Positions 42,825-56,254 are shown, numbered from the stretch's first letter. The stretch is 64,000 nucleotides of DNA from Octopus vulgaris (GCA_951406725.2 OX597828.1:35278001-35342000), one strand, 5' to 3'. The notes: generated from the letters alone by a model not told the origin. Numbers and translations: made by a program.

Positions 42825-44628
42825 CTTCTGTTTATAAATTTTCTAAAATCTTCACAACCTTGGTTTTTTTCATCTCATTCTGAAAAATATTTTATATATA
42901 TATATGTATATATTTGTGTGTGTGTCTGTGTTTGTTCCCCCACCACCACCATCACTTGACAACTGATGTTAGTGTGTTTATGTCCTTGTGAGTTAGCAGT
43001 TCAGCAAAAGAGACCGATAGAATAAGTATCAGGTTTACAAAAAATAAAGCCCTAGGATTGATTTGTTTGACTAAAAGGCGGTGCTCCAGCATGACAACAG
43101 TCAAACTGACTGAAACAAGTAAAAGAATAAAAGAAAGAATATATTTGTTTCCAGTCTTCCATGGAAAACATGTCCGGTCATGGATAGATATTAACTTGCT
43201 TGGAAACAGGTCTGGGTTGGTGGTAGGTAGGGCATCTAAGCATGGACAATCTGCCTAAAGAAATCCATTTGACTCATGTAAGCATGGAAAAATGCATGTT
43301 GAATAGCGATGATGGTGAACATGATGAGGCAGATGAGAGAAGTATCAAGAAGAGAGAAAGCTCAAACTATAAACACAGTGAACAAGGTTCTAAGTATATA
43401 GTGTTTCTTTAGTTTTTCACTGTTAGGAAGAGGTAGGGATTTTAACATTTCAAACAGTGGTCCTGCAGTGGAAATACTAGAAAGAGAAGGAGATAAAATT
43501 AGGGCTAAGGAGAAATATATGTGCTTCGAAAGATAGAAGTGGCAGAAGAGAAAGAGAAAGGTATAGTCAGGAGAGAGAGAGAGAGAAAGTAGCCTGATGA
43601 CTGTGATAAGTAGAAGAAAAAAAAAGGTATATACCATTCCTCTGTCATATTCTAACCTTATCGTTCTATCATACCTGGCACAAAGCCACCTCACTCAATA
43701 CCACTGCCACTTCACTTGAAAGGGTCTTGTCATGCAAATTATTTGGTAGTTTTGCTGGTCCTGGTGCCATGTAAAAAGCACCCAGTATACTCTGTAGAGA
43801 GGTAGGTGATAGGAAAAGCATCCAGCTGTAGAAGCCATGACAAAGCAGACAGTTGATCTTGGCACTGTCCTCTGGCTCATCAGCGCCTGTGAAACCATTC
43901 CAGCCCATACCAGCATGGAAAGCAGGCATCAAGTGATGTATGTATGTATGTATGTATGTATGTATGTATGTATGTATGTATATGTATGTATGCATGTATG
44001 TATGTGTGTATGTGTGTAAGCGTGTGTGTATGTATGTATCTACATATGTATGTGTGTATGTATGTATCTACGTATGTATGTGTGTGTGTATGTATGTCAT
44101 TATTCAGTTTATTTGAAGATTTCTTGCCAATAGAGAAAGAACCGGCTTCTAACCTAGATTCAAGGTTCCTTCACTGGAATTTCAATATCAATAACAGGGT
44201 AATTTTGTTTGTGTGTATGTATGTGCAAATTTGCATGTTTTATGTATGTATTCTCATGCATATTGTTGCATATCTAGACATGCTCATATATATTTAAATG
44301 ATAAACTTCTGGAAAGTATGTATGTATGTATGCATGTATGCATGCATGTGTGTATGTGTAAGTATGCGTGTGTGTGTGTATGCATGCTTGTGTGTGTTGG
44401 CAGAGAGAGAAAGAAAGACAGAGAGAGAGAGAGAGAGATAGAAAGAACAAAACAGAGAGAAATAACTCCACACAGATGAGAGTACAAATATGGTGAAGGG
44501 TATGATATCAATATCAAAGTGAAAGATACATTAGACAAAACAAAAAGTATTTTGTAGTATCCCATCTGTCTTCTCAGAATAAACTGGATATTCTTTCACC
44601 ATTCCATATTTCAACTAACACCCAAAAG

Positions 44629-44720
<92 letters not shown>

Positions 44721-44920
44721 TTATTTTATTTTATCACACACCCAGCCATGGATATTCTATTTATAAACACAAAATATAAATGTGGAATCAAAAGAAAAAA
44801 ATAGACTATATAAATGTGTGTGTGTACATATATATATTTTTATATATAATAGTTTAAATAATATATATATATTATTTATATTATTATATGATCAAACTCC
44901 ACTCAATCATTTCCAAGTAA

Positions 44921-44977
<57 letters not shown>

Positions 44978-46365
44978 AATAATATATATATGTGTGCATG
45001 TATGTATATAAATATGTATGTATATGAATATGTGTGTGTGTGTGTGTGTGTGCATATATGAGTGCAGGACATCACCAACAGTAAACAACAAGAAATAGGA
45101 AAATAAATGAGGTGAATACGCAAACAATGAGAGTAGAAAATGGTAAATAGGACATGTTACACAAAGAACAACTCTTCATCAGTTGTCCATCTACTAATTT
45201 CGAGCATTAGATACCTACATGCATGCATGCATGTATGTATGTATGTATGTATGTATGTGAAATTTTATATTTGACTCTGTGGAAATGGAGTTTGCTTTTT
45301 AATTACTTCATTTCCAATTCAATTCCACCGTGTGGTACTTTGGGAAAAGTTTTTTTTACTATAGTTTCAGAATGACCAATACCTAACAATGGAACTTGAT
45401 AGATGGAAACATTTTACAAGTTCATCATTTAAATATACACAATCATTGTACCAAACTTAATGATATTATTAATGGCCATTTATAATATATATTATCTCCT
45501 GATGAAATGGCTTATCCATCACATTCAAATATAATTATGTAATTTTGTATATTAATTATATTAATCAATATTATTATATTAATTTTACAAATTTGTTGGG
45601 AGGAAAAGGTAGTTATTTTTATTATGGTTCATTAAAGTTTTTGATTAATTAATTAATCATCATCATCATCATTATTTAATGTCTGTTTTCCATGCTGGCA
45701 TGAGTTGGAAATTTTGACCAGGGTTGGCAAGCTGGAAGGTTGCACCAGACACCGGTTTTATTTTGCATGGTTTCTATGACTGGATGCCCTTCCTAGTGCC
45801 AACCACTCTGAGAGTGTAATGGTTGCTTTTACATGCCTCAAGCATGGGTACATTTGCGTGAGACCAGCATCTGCCACATCTGCCACATCAAGTACGACAA
45901 AAAACAAAAAAGCTGCTAAAATTGATTGCCATATCTAAATCATCATCATCATCATCATCATGATCATCATCATACACCCTACGTCCATTCTAGGCTGGAT
46001 CAGTGAGTGTGACAGGTGCTGGCAAGTCAAAAGGTTGTGCCAGGCTTGGTCGTCTGCTTTTAGTATGGTGTCTACAGTAGGATGCCTTTTGTAACACCAA
46101 GTAGGATGTATGATGAGGATGAGGATGATGAGGATGATGATGATGACCATGCCAAGTCTTTGCAAAGTGTACAGGGTGCTGTTTATGCAGCAAGACCCCC
46201 AACCCCACTCAACTGTGCGGGTGGGGGTGAGTAGTAGAGAGGTGGCTTCGTCCAAGGGGATGAAAAGTTAGAGTATGATTAGAGGGAAAGAAATAGACAC
46301 TTTACAGTAGAGGAGATACTTGACTGAGTTGGAGAGAGAAGAGAGAGAGAGAGAGACAGACAGAC

Positions 46366-46400
<35 letters not shown>

Positions 46401-46649
46401 ATTAGACACAGAGATACCAACTTGAGATACAAAAAAAATCTAAATACCAGTAAGAAGTCCTCAATAAATAAGTTGTATACACACACACACACACACACAC
46501 CACACACAACGTATATCCATGTATATATATATATCATCATCATCATCATCATCATCGTTTAATGTCCGTTTTCCATGCTGGCATGGGTTGAACAGTTAGA
46601 TTGAGGATGAGCAAGCCAGTAGGATGCATTAGGCTCCAGTCTGATCTGG

Positions 46650-46698
<49 letters not shown>

Positions 46699-46927
46699 AC
46701 ACACACACACCACACACATCTAGTGTTGACTGTTGGGACAAAGAGTACCTGATGCTGTTATAGAGATTGATAATATTTTATATTTGTTGAGTCAGTTTTT
46801 TTGCACTTCTGAATTTCACCAACTTGCCTGAAGACTCTGTGCATCCTGAAATGAATTTCAGTGTAGCAAGAGTCTGACTCGACCAAAATACCCCCCACCA
46901 CCACACACACACACACACAAAAACATA

Positions 46928-46970
<43 letters not shown>

Positions 46971-47595
46971 CCTGACGCACTTTTATTTTCCTATTAAAAA
47001 TCGTTGCATATAACAATGCTTTATATCATTTACATTAAAATGTTAGTCGTTAATTTATATTTTAGCTATATCGCAAAATCATTCTATTAATTATACAAAT
47101 GGAAGCTTCCATGTCCCCCGTCCCGTCCCCCACACACACCACCACCATCACCCACCACCACCACCACCGCCATACATCAAATTTCTTCGCCATCTTCCTC
47201 TTACATGTACACAAACGTCCCTGGTTTTCATTTATCCGTGTGACCTCTAACAAACAGTGATGTATTTCTTTTTAGTTTTTTCTTCTTTTTTTTATTAAAT
47301 TTCATGGCTTATGAATTGTTAATTATCAACTGTTAAATTAAAACAAAACCCTGGAGCATAACTATCATTAAATCCAGTTTAAAATATTTGTTGTTGATTC
47401 AGCCAATAGCAGTTTCGTTTGGATATTTTGTTTGTTGTTGTTTTTTGCCTTCTCTGTATCAAACTAATTTATACAGTCTCTGAGCAATGGTGGGGATTTT
47501 TTATATCTTGTTGCTGCTGTTGTTGTTGTTGGTGGTGATGCTGGTGGTGATAGCGGCGGTGGTGTTTTCTTCTGAAATTTATGTCTAGAATTCAA

Positions 47596-48235
47596 GGCAC
47601 AGACGTGGTTGTGTGGTAGGGAGCTTGCTTCCCGACCACATGGTTCCGGGTTCAGTCCAACTGCATGGAACCTTGGGCAAGTGTCTTCTACAATAGCCTC
47701 AAGTCCTCCAAAGCCTTGTGAGTTGATTCTGTTGACGGAAACTGAAAGAAGCCCATATATGTATATATATATATATCGTCATCATCATCATTTAATGTCC
47801 ATTTTCCATGCTGGCATGGATTCAATGGTTTAACCAGGGCTGGTAAGCTGAGGGGCTGCACCAGACTCCTGTCTGATTTAGCATGGTCTCTACGGTTGGA
47901 TGCCCTTCCTAATGATAACCACTCCGAGTGTATAATGGGTGCTTTTATGTGCCACCATCATGTATATATATATATATATGTTTGTGTGTGCATGTGTATG
48001 TGTGTGTCTTTGTGTCTGTAATTGTCCTTGCTTCTGCAATTGATAATTGGTGTTGGTGTGTTTACATCCCCACAGCTTAGCAGCTTTACAAAACAGATTG
48101 ATAGAATAAGTGCTAGGCTTTTTTTTTTTAAAAAAAAGTCCTCTGGTCAATTTGTTCAGCTAAAATAAAAACCCTTCGAGGTGGTGCTCCAGCATGGCCA
48201 TGGTCAACTTACTGAAACAAGTAAAAGAATGAAAA
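47596..48235 (+). mobile_element. SINE family A with a nested inverted family C SINE (about 47778-47960)
   Basis: The family A halves are separated at the internal microsatellite by a (CAT)n-tailed element. Confidence 0.8.
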
Positions 48236-49257
48236 AGTAAATGAAGCAGATTTTATTTATCGTATAAATTGCTTCCTCCACTATCACCACCACTACCACC
48301 ACCACCACCACCATGCCAGATCAGACGGAAACCACTACCAGCACCATGACAATCTCCAACACCATGGTTTTCGCAAGCAGCACCAATCCTACCTCTGGTA
48401 TCAAAACTATGACCCCAATGTGGTTATTACTGGTTTGAAATTTTAGCACAAGGCCAGCAATTTTGGGGGAGGGGTAAGTTGATTACATCAACTCCAGTGT
48501 TCGTCTGGTTCTAATTTTATTGACTCCCCACCCCCCCACCTCCAAAAGGGTGAAAGGGCAAAGTCGACCTCAGCAGAATTTGAACCCAGAACATAAAGAT
48601 GTATGAAATGCTGCAAAGTCATTTTGCCCAACATGCTAATGACTCTGCCAGCTCGCTGCCTTACCAGTACCAATTAATAGTACTATAACTACTGTTACTG
48701 CTGCTGCTGCAAAGACGAACACTGCTACAACCACTACTCCATCATCATCATCATCATCATTGCTACCAACATTAAAATCATCACGGTCACCAGCACCATT
48801 TTCGTCAACAACACCACCACCACCACCATCACTGCATGACCTACCATATCACTCCTCCAACTACCACCACTGTTACTAACACATTCACTGCCATCTCCAT
48901 CACCACAATTATTCTCTCTACCACCACCACCATAACCATCACGACCATACCACCTCTAAGCCACCACCACCACTATCAATATCATAAAATCCAGTTCAAT
49001 ATACATTTATTGATTCGGTCAATACTAATTTAGATGATGGTTTTTCTCTTCAGCATAAAACTTGCTTTTCACACAAATCAACAGGAAAGACTTCACATGA
49101 TCTCTCAACCAGTTAGAAATAGCAGGCACGTATCTCTTCAAAACTGTACACTTGTGTCTTGAAAGGAAGGACACATTTGACTATGAAGTCATAAGTAAGA
49201 ATAAAGCATTTTTCTCAAACCCTATAGACTCATAAGGGTCAGGTTCCTGATTTCGAT

Positions 49258-49315
<58 letters not shown>

Positions 49316-49327
49316 ATCTAAGGTGTA

Positions 49328-49396
49328 CCTGCTGAAGAAGGCCTCACCTAGCAAATTATTTTATTTGCAAAAAAAGTCTGAAACCATTGGTCCAGG
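49328..49396 (+). ncRNA. Type I hammerhead ribozyme (intact core, GUC site)
   Basis: CCUG-CUGAAGA-AGGC...(GCAAAU/AUUUGC)...GUCU-GAAA-CCAUUGG-UC-CAGG; predicted cut after 49392. Confidence 0.87.
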
Positions 49397-49556
49397 AGTT
49401 AGATGGTAAATGATTTTATTTTTCATTCCATTTGAAATTTTATCCTTAATAGTGGTTTGGAATTTAACTGTCATCTCTAGCGTGCAGGTAGTCCTATGAT
49501 GGATACCTCTTTTGTGTTTAAATGTACACTGCTAATATTTATATATATATATATAT

Positions 49557-49906
49557 TTGCTGCGAGTATACACTGCGATGACATCTCTCACGCCGGACTT
49601 CTTTCTGATGATGTTGCTATTTATGTGCTCTCTCAATGAGATACCAAGCATTGACCTTTCCATGGCTCTTTGAGCAAGTATAGATGGGCTGGACACGTCG
49701 CCCGGCTCACCGATAATCGGTGGACGCACGCAGTTGTCGAGTGGTACCCGCGTGAGCGGAAAAGACCACCCGGAAGACCTCCACGATGGTGGAGTGACGA
49801 TTTCAAGAGGACGATTGGGATTACGTGGATGAGAAAGGCGCGATCCAGAGAGGAGTGGACAGCGTGCTGTGACCAGCGGACTGGTCGGTCAAAGTGATCA
49901 AAGTGA
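49557..49906 (+). mobile_element. 5'-truncated, 5'-inverted RTE LINE insertion in (TA)n
   Basis: 49557-49675 on the minus strand reads AQRAMERSMLGISLREH...RDVIAVYTRSK; 49673-49897 on the plus strand continues SKYRWAGHVARLTDNRW...RPPGRPPRWWSDD...; 3' tail (TCAAAGTGA)2. Confidence 0.92.
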
Positions 49907-49955
49907 TATATATATATTTATAATAAGAGTAGATCGTATACGAGTGGGTATAATA

Positions 49956-50437
49956 TTTGTAAAAAAGAAGTTTGAAAACGCCAGTATATTAGATAAATTT
50001 TAATTTTCTTATGAATTTTACATGTTTCGGTTCTTGAAAAAACGAACCTTATCAAAAATATTATAAAAAGTAAAGTGTAATAGAAAAGTTCATAATTGTT
50101 TCTTACTGGTCTCAATAGAATCCATGTGGTGGTGTCTTGTCTGTAGTAGGTATAATAGCTATAAATTTCAAGTTGAATGTAGTAAAGAAGTTCATTTTTG
50201 TAAAAAAGAAGTTTGAAAACGCCATTATATAAGATAAATTTTAATTTTCTTATGAATTTTACATGTTTCGGTTCTTGAAAAAACGAACCTTATCAAAAAT
50301 ATTATAAAAAGTAAAGTGTAATAGAAAAGTTCATAATTGTTTCTTACTGGTCTCAATAGAATCCATGTGGTGGTGTCTTGTCGGTAGTAGGTATAATAGC
50401 TATAAATTTCAAGTTGAATGTAGTAAAGAAGTTCATT
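49956..50437 (-). repeat. Near-identical 241-bp tandem duplication, each unit carrying a decayed hammerhead-like motif
   Basis: Units start at 49956 and 50197. On the minus strand, AUUU-U-UUGAUAA-GGUUC...GAACC-GAAA-CAUG-UA-AAAU lies at 50015-50059 and 50256-50300. Confidence 0.8.
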
Positions 50438-50535
50438 ATTGTTTCTTGGTGGTATCAACAGGATCCATGTGCTTGTTTTTTAGCTTCCTTGTGTTCGAAT
50501 GACCCACGGATCAAAACAGTTTGATTCAAATTCGT

Positions 50536-50576
50536 TGGTACTCTTGAGTTTCAAGCGCGATGCTAGTCGTCAGCCA
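50536..50576 (-). ncRNA. Type I hammerhead ribozyme (weak stem II)
   Basis: UGG-CUGACGA-CUAGC(aucgc)GCUU-GAAA-CUC(aa)GAG-UA-CCA. Confidence 0.72.
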
Positions 50577-51039
50577 GTTTGAATGTTAATTTGGAAAGAG
50601 GGATGGTGATACTGCCAATTACATCAGACCTCAGTATTTAACTGGTCTTTCGTCCTTCTTATCGACCCTTGAAGGATGAAAAGCACAATTCAGTTTTGGT
50701 GGGATTTGAGCTCAGAATATAGATTTTTAAAAAAAGATGTTGGGACAGCTACCACGCAACATTTTACACTACAACAACAACAATGCCGATAATCCGATGT
50801 TCTTCAAAATGTCATAATTATTTAAAAAGAACAAACAAAAAATTAAAATTAAAATTTTGTGTAAATATTTTTATTAATTTTAAAAATGAATTTCCTAGAT
50901 TTAATAATAACATTTGTTCGTTTCAAGAGAAATTAACAGAAGTTTATGTAAAGAAAACATTTACATTTCTCATTGTAAGACTCAATGGGTGTGGCAGAAA
51001 GCATGGCCTTTGGCATCATACAGTGATGAAAAGAGTAAT

Positions 51040-52025
51040 GGTTGTAGTAGAGGTGTTGCAGTTAGTGGTAGTGTTGGTGGTAGTAGTAATTGTGGTGGTG
51101 GTGGTACTGTTGCTGGGTTGGTGGTGGTGGTGTTGGTGGTGGTGGTGGTGGTGGAGGAGGGTTGATGAAGACAGGTTGTGGCCTTAATGGTGATGATGGT
51201 AGTGATAGTAGTGCTGTTGTTGTTGGTGGTGGTGGTGGTGGTGGTGGTAGTGTCGGTGGTAGTAGTCATTCTGGTGATGGTGGTGGTGGTGGTATTGTTG
51301 CTGGGTTGTTGGTGGTGGTGCTGGAGGAGGGTTGATGAAGACAGTTGTGGCCTTAATGGTGATGATGGGAGTGATAGTGGTGCTGTTGGTGATGGTGGTG
51401 GTGGTGGTGGTGGTGGTGGTGGTGGTGATGGTGTTGGTAGTAATAGTAATTCCGATGATGGTGGCAGTGGTTTTACTGTAGCTGGGTTGGTGGTGGTGAT
51501 GGTGGAATTGGTGGAGGGGGGTGAAGAGAGTTGTGGCCTTAATGGTGATGTGATGATGGTAGTGATAGTGGTGCTGTTGATGCTGGTGGTGGTGGTGCTG
51601 GTGGTAGTAGTAATTCTGGTGATGGTGGCACTGGTGGTGATGTTACTGTGTTAGTGATGGTGGTGGTGGTGGCCATAGTAATGATGATGGTAGTGGTGGT
51701 GTTGGCAGCGGCGGCAGTGGTGGTGGTAGTAGTAGTAATTCTAGAAATGGTGGCAGTGGTGGTGTTGTTGCTGTGTTAGTGATGGCAGTGATGGTGGTGC
51801 TGGTGCTGGTGCTGGTGGTAATGATAAGGGTGAAAGTGTAGGTGATAACATTAGTGATAGTGATGGTATTGTTAGTAGCAGTGATGGTCATGACACCAGT
51901 GCAGCTGAGGTGGCATGGTGGTGGTGGTTGTAGTGGTGATGGTGGTGGTGGTTGTAGTGGTGGTGGTGGTTGTAGTGGTGTGGTGGTGGTGGTTGTAGTG
52001 GTGGTGTTGGTGGTGGTGGTGGTGA
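51040..52025. repeat. (GGT)n-rich region with three diverged tandem units of about 180 bp
   Basis: gctgggttg...ggagg.gg.tga.ga..gttgtggccttaatggtgatg recurs at about 51112, 51300 and 51481. Confidence 0.85.
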
Positions 52026-52495
52026 TACAGAAGAAGTGGCACCTTCATGTCTGCTGTATAAGCCTGTATAGGGGACAGCTGTGGAGAGCAGCTAAATCAA
52101 GGGCTTCCGTGGGTGGCACGCACTTTAGCTATGTCACTGGGCTGTAGTAATGTGAGAATTGCTTGTGATGTGAATATCGAGTTCATTCATGGGAAAACTT
52201 GAGCTTGCAGGACTTTCTGAATGGCAGGCTTAATGGAAAACCACTTTCAGTTCTTTTTGTGATGTGACCCTATGTCTCATGTGACCTGTTCCTCAGTAAT
52301 GGTGGACTATTCCTGATCTGGTTATTATGAAGTTTGAAGATGTTGGTGGCTGCTTTTAGAGAGTTATAGATACAATGGAAGATTAATTATGGTTTCTTGA
52401 AGTTGTCCTTTAAAATAAGAACAACAAGGAATATTTTGATTTGATGTATAAAGGGTCTGAATGACTGTGAACTCCCAATGCTCCTAATGTTTTAA

Positions 52496-52907
52496 CCCCT
52501 TCGTTATCATATTTCTACTGAAATACACTGTCAGTGTTTTGATTAATTCTAAAAATAATGAGAAATTTAGTAAAATCATTTTGTTCTTATTCAGCTGGTG
52601 TTAAGGCTACGAACAGGCAGAATCATTAGCATGCTGGACAAAACGGTGGCATTTTGTCTGTTTTACATTCTGTGTTTAGATTCTGCTGAGGTCAGCTTTA
52701 CCTCTCATCCTTTTGGGATCAATAAACTATGTACCAGTTGAACACTGGGCACAATGTAATCAACTTCTCTATCCCATACAACTGCTGGCCTTGTACCAAA
52801 ATTTGAAATCATTATTAAGCTGGTGTAAGGAATATAAATTAATGCGAAATTTTGCTGGAAGTTCTTAATTTAGATAATTTTAGACAGGTGAATTGCTATC
52901 AAAAGGG
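52496..52907. mobile_element. piggyBac-like MITE with a nested SINE
   Basis: TTAA|CCCCTT... at the left end and ...AAAAGGG|TTCA at the right end; SINE inside at about 52615-52810. Confidence 0.4.
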
Positions 52908-53320
52908 TTCAAGCTATACATATTTTTACCTTGTCTACACACTAACTACCTGAATTTACAGTTTTCTATCAGATTACAATGCCATTTGTGTGCACTTGGG
53001 GTTGTCTTTAACCCACACAATATTAACTGCTGTGTGTCTCAAGGTTAGGTTTTACCTCCATTCTTATTCTCTCAGGTATTATTGACTTACTTGCTGTCAG
53101 TTCTAAAACTACTTATTCCTATCAAGACGATACCATCCTTTGCTTCACTGTAACCTGCATAATCTTTCATATTCGAGTATCACTCACATGCAACCTGGGG
53201 CACTACATGAAAAAAAACCCACACTATTTCTATGGATAGGGACCTTGAAAAACTTCCTCTGATAGCTGTCAGATCAATATTGTCTCCTTCAACATTGAAA
53301 GACACAATCAATACACAAAC
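52908..53320 (+). mobile_element. Old non-LTR retrotransposon RT-domain remnant (CR1/L2-group-like)
   Basis: Degenerate frames give IYSFLSD...INCCVSQG*VLPPFLF (GVPQGSVL motif), IDLLAVSSKTTYSYQDDTIL (YADD motif at 53120-53131) and DRDLEK...FN. Confidence 0.7.
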
Positions 53321-53401
53321 CAACAAAACACTTTTTGTGCCCGACAAATCTTTCAGTTATATTTCACACACGCACACACACATATAAATAGATAGATAGA
53401 G

Positions 53402-53481
<80 letters not shown>

Positions 53482-53961
53482 CAGAGAGACAGACAGATAG
53501 AAGGACACACTCCACAAAAAGAAATGACTAGATGACTGATTGGCATGACATTGCTCATCAACATCCGAACATCTATCACACATACTTGTTCTCTCTGCCT
53601 CTCTCTATCTCTATCTCTGTTTCTCTCTGTCTCTTTCTCCCTATCTATCTATTTATCTCTATCTATATACATATACATATATATATATACTCATGATTGT
53701 AAGATTGTGATTTCAATAATTCCCGAGCAACACATTGTGTTCTTGAGCAAGACACTTCATTTCACTTTACTCCAGCCCACTCAGTTCGCAAAAAATGAGT
53801 AATCCTACGATGGACTGGCGTCCCATCCAGGTGGGGATCATATACGCAACTGAAATCAGGAAACCGGTCCTCAAGAGCCTGGCATGGCTCACAAAGGAGA
53901 CATTTTATTTTTTTCTCAATTCCCATCTACCATGTATTCCTACTGGGCTTTGGTCAGCCTG

Positions 53962-54404
53962 GTTAGTTAGTTAGTTAGTTAGTTAGTTAATTTGGCTCAA
54001 AAGCAAATAGCAAGGCCATGTAGGGGGACATGGAGTTAAGTACAGGGTGGTGTTCATGTAAAGAGTTCAGGCCACTTGAGGTCCAGGGAGGCTTTGAACA
54101 AAGCGGTCGTCGGCATCTTCACCATCTCGTCTGGCAGCTTGTTCCGAATCCGCAACCCGGACGGAGAAAGCTCCTCTCCTTCGATTGAGATGAAATCGGC
54201 GCAGGTAGAGCTTTTCGGAATGACCCCGCAGCCGACGCTCTGGAGCAGGAGTGAAGAACAGCTCTTTCGAGAGATTACACTTCCCGCTTATGATGTTGTG
54301 GGCGAGAATGAGATCACCACGGCGGCGGCGTTTTTCAAGAGAATAAAGGTCGAGCGTCCTCAGCCTTTCTTCGTAGGACAAATTTTTGAGACCATGAACC
54401 ATGC
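53962..54404 (-). mobile_element. CR1-clade LINE 3' end with (CTAA)n tail, nested in a SINE
   Basis: MVHGLKNLSYEERLRTLDLYSLEKRRRRGDLI...RGHSEKL...FSVRV, then a frameshift to NKLPDEMV...FKASLD. Tail (TTAG)n on + at 53962-53990. Confidence 0.92.
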
Positions 54405-54613
54405 GGTTCATGGTCTATTGCATTAGAACCATGGTTCTAATGCAATAGACACACTTGACCAAGTGGGGTGCAGCAGAACTAAACCCATGACCAGATGCAT
54501 GGGAAGTATGCTTTTAAACCACAGTCATGCCGTGTGTGTTTGTGTGTGTGTGTGTGTGTATTTGTGTAAGGATGTATTATAATCAAGAAACAAAAGTGCT
54601 TAATATAAGAAAC

Positions 54614-54675
<62 letters not shown>

Positions 54676-54963
54676 ATGTATGTGTGTATATATAAATATA
54701 ATTATTTATAATTATTAAAAACTGCTATTTATTCTTCATTGTAATAAGATATTTCATGTTGATTGTAATTAAAAAAAAAATTGTCACATAATGAATCAGT
54801 TATCAATGTAATATTGGAAATTGGAAATTACTTCTAAATTAATATTGCACACACACACACACACGTGTGTGTATATATAAAATACTTATACACATATTTG
54901 TATATATATACAATATTTATATGCATGTGTGCATAACGGAACAAATTTTGCTGTCTATATATT

Positions 54964-55027
<64 letters not shown>

Positions 55028-55029
55028 AA

Positions 55030-55390
55030 TTTTGCTGTGGCCATGCTGGAGCACCGCCTTTTGTTGAACAAATTGACCCCAGGACTTTTTCTGTCAGTCA
55101 CTTTGGCCAAACCGCTAAGTTACGAGAATGTAAACACACCAACACTAGTTCTCAAGTGATGGGGGCACAAATACAGACACACAAGCATATACATATATAT
55201 ACATATACATATATATATATACACACACAAAACAGTATGACAGGTTTCTTTTAGTTTCCTTCTACTAATCCATTCACAAGGCTTTGGTCGGCCTGAGGTT
55301 ATAGTAGAAGACACTTGCCCAAGTTGCCATGCTGTGGGACTTAACCCAGAACTATGTGGTTGAGAATCCAGCTTCTTACCACACTGCTAC
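55030..55390 (-). mobile_element. SINE family A
   Basis: Same core and tail in reverse orientation. Confidence 0.85.
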
Positions 55391-55394
55391 ATAT

Positions 55395-55425
<31 letters not shown>

Positions 55426-55427
55426 CA

Positions 55428-55770
55428 TTGAATAACACCATTTACAAGACTCTATGCTTGGAATGACCCATTATAAACACCATTGGAACTCACACCCAAG
55501 GTACAGGAATCTTATATGCATACCATTCTGCCTAAATAATGGAACTGCAAATACAATATCCCTATGTATCTCACATCTGTTTTCATTCCTCCACTTCACT
55601 CTGTATCTCATATCTTCTCTATAATAACTATTACGTAAACATTTTCTCGCACCGTCTCTGATGAAGGAAAATATAAAATATCCCAGAAACAGCTGTAAGA
55701 CCTTCTCTTTATAAATGTTCTGAAAACTTTCACAGCCTTGGATTTATTATCTTATTCTGTGAATTTTTTA
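55428..55770 (+). mobile_element. Probable 3' end of a Penelope-like element (decayed endonuclease C-terminus plus hammerhead)
   Basis: Broken frames E*PIINTIGTHTQGTG...C..FCL..(E)LQI resemble the W-x-I-I...Y..G...C-x2-CL-x-EK tail of PLE GIY-YIG ORFs, followed by the hammerhead at 55654. Confidence 0.45.
55654..55701 (+). ncRNA. Minimal type I hammerhead ribozyme
   Basis: GUCU-CUGAUGA-AGGAAAAUAU(aaa)AUAUCCCA-GAAA-CAGCUG-UA-AGAC; same family as the 42781 copy. Confidence 0.82.
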
Positions 55771-55916
55771 TATATATGCATGCTAATATACAATCTATGC
55801 TGGACTCCTCGTTCGTATCACCATCAAACCTGGAGCTTAACTATAGTCTGTCCATAGCACTACTTAGCATTACCTGACACCTTTGGGTCTTCTTGACACC
55901 AATGCCTCTCATACCC

Positions 55917-55950
<34 letters not shown>

Positions 55951-56061
55951 CTGAAGTGAAGACAGCATGTTCTTTGTCTGTCTCCTTACTTTCTTGGAGG
56001 TTTTAGGTAAAATTATACTAATGTGTCCATCTGTTTTAATTTAATTTAATTCTATGTATTT

Positions 56062-56149
56062 ATGCATCTGAGGATTGCTCCGCATTTAAATTGATGTAAT
56101 GGTTGCACTGTTCAATTAAATGGAGTCACTCGAAACGATCATACTGCAT
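56062..56149 (+). ncRNA. Degenerate hammerhead ribozyme
   Basis: AUGCAU-CUGAGGA-...CUCC.CAUUUAAAUUGA...UCAAUUAAAUGGAG...-GAAA-CGAUCA-UA-CUGCAU. Confidence 0.65.
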
Positions 56150-56254
56150 TACCTCTGGATATTCCTGTTGCTTATTTTGATTTTAATCACCTTATTTTGA
56201 AACTGTATTGATAATACCGTACTAAATTCTAGCACCTAATTCATCTGAATCTAT

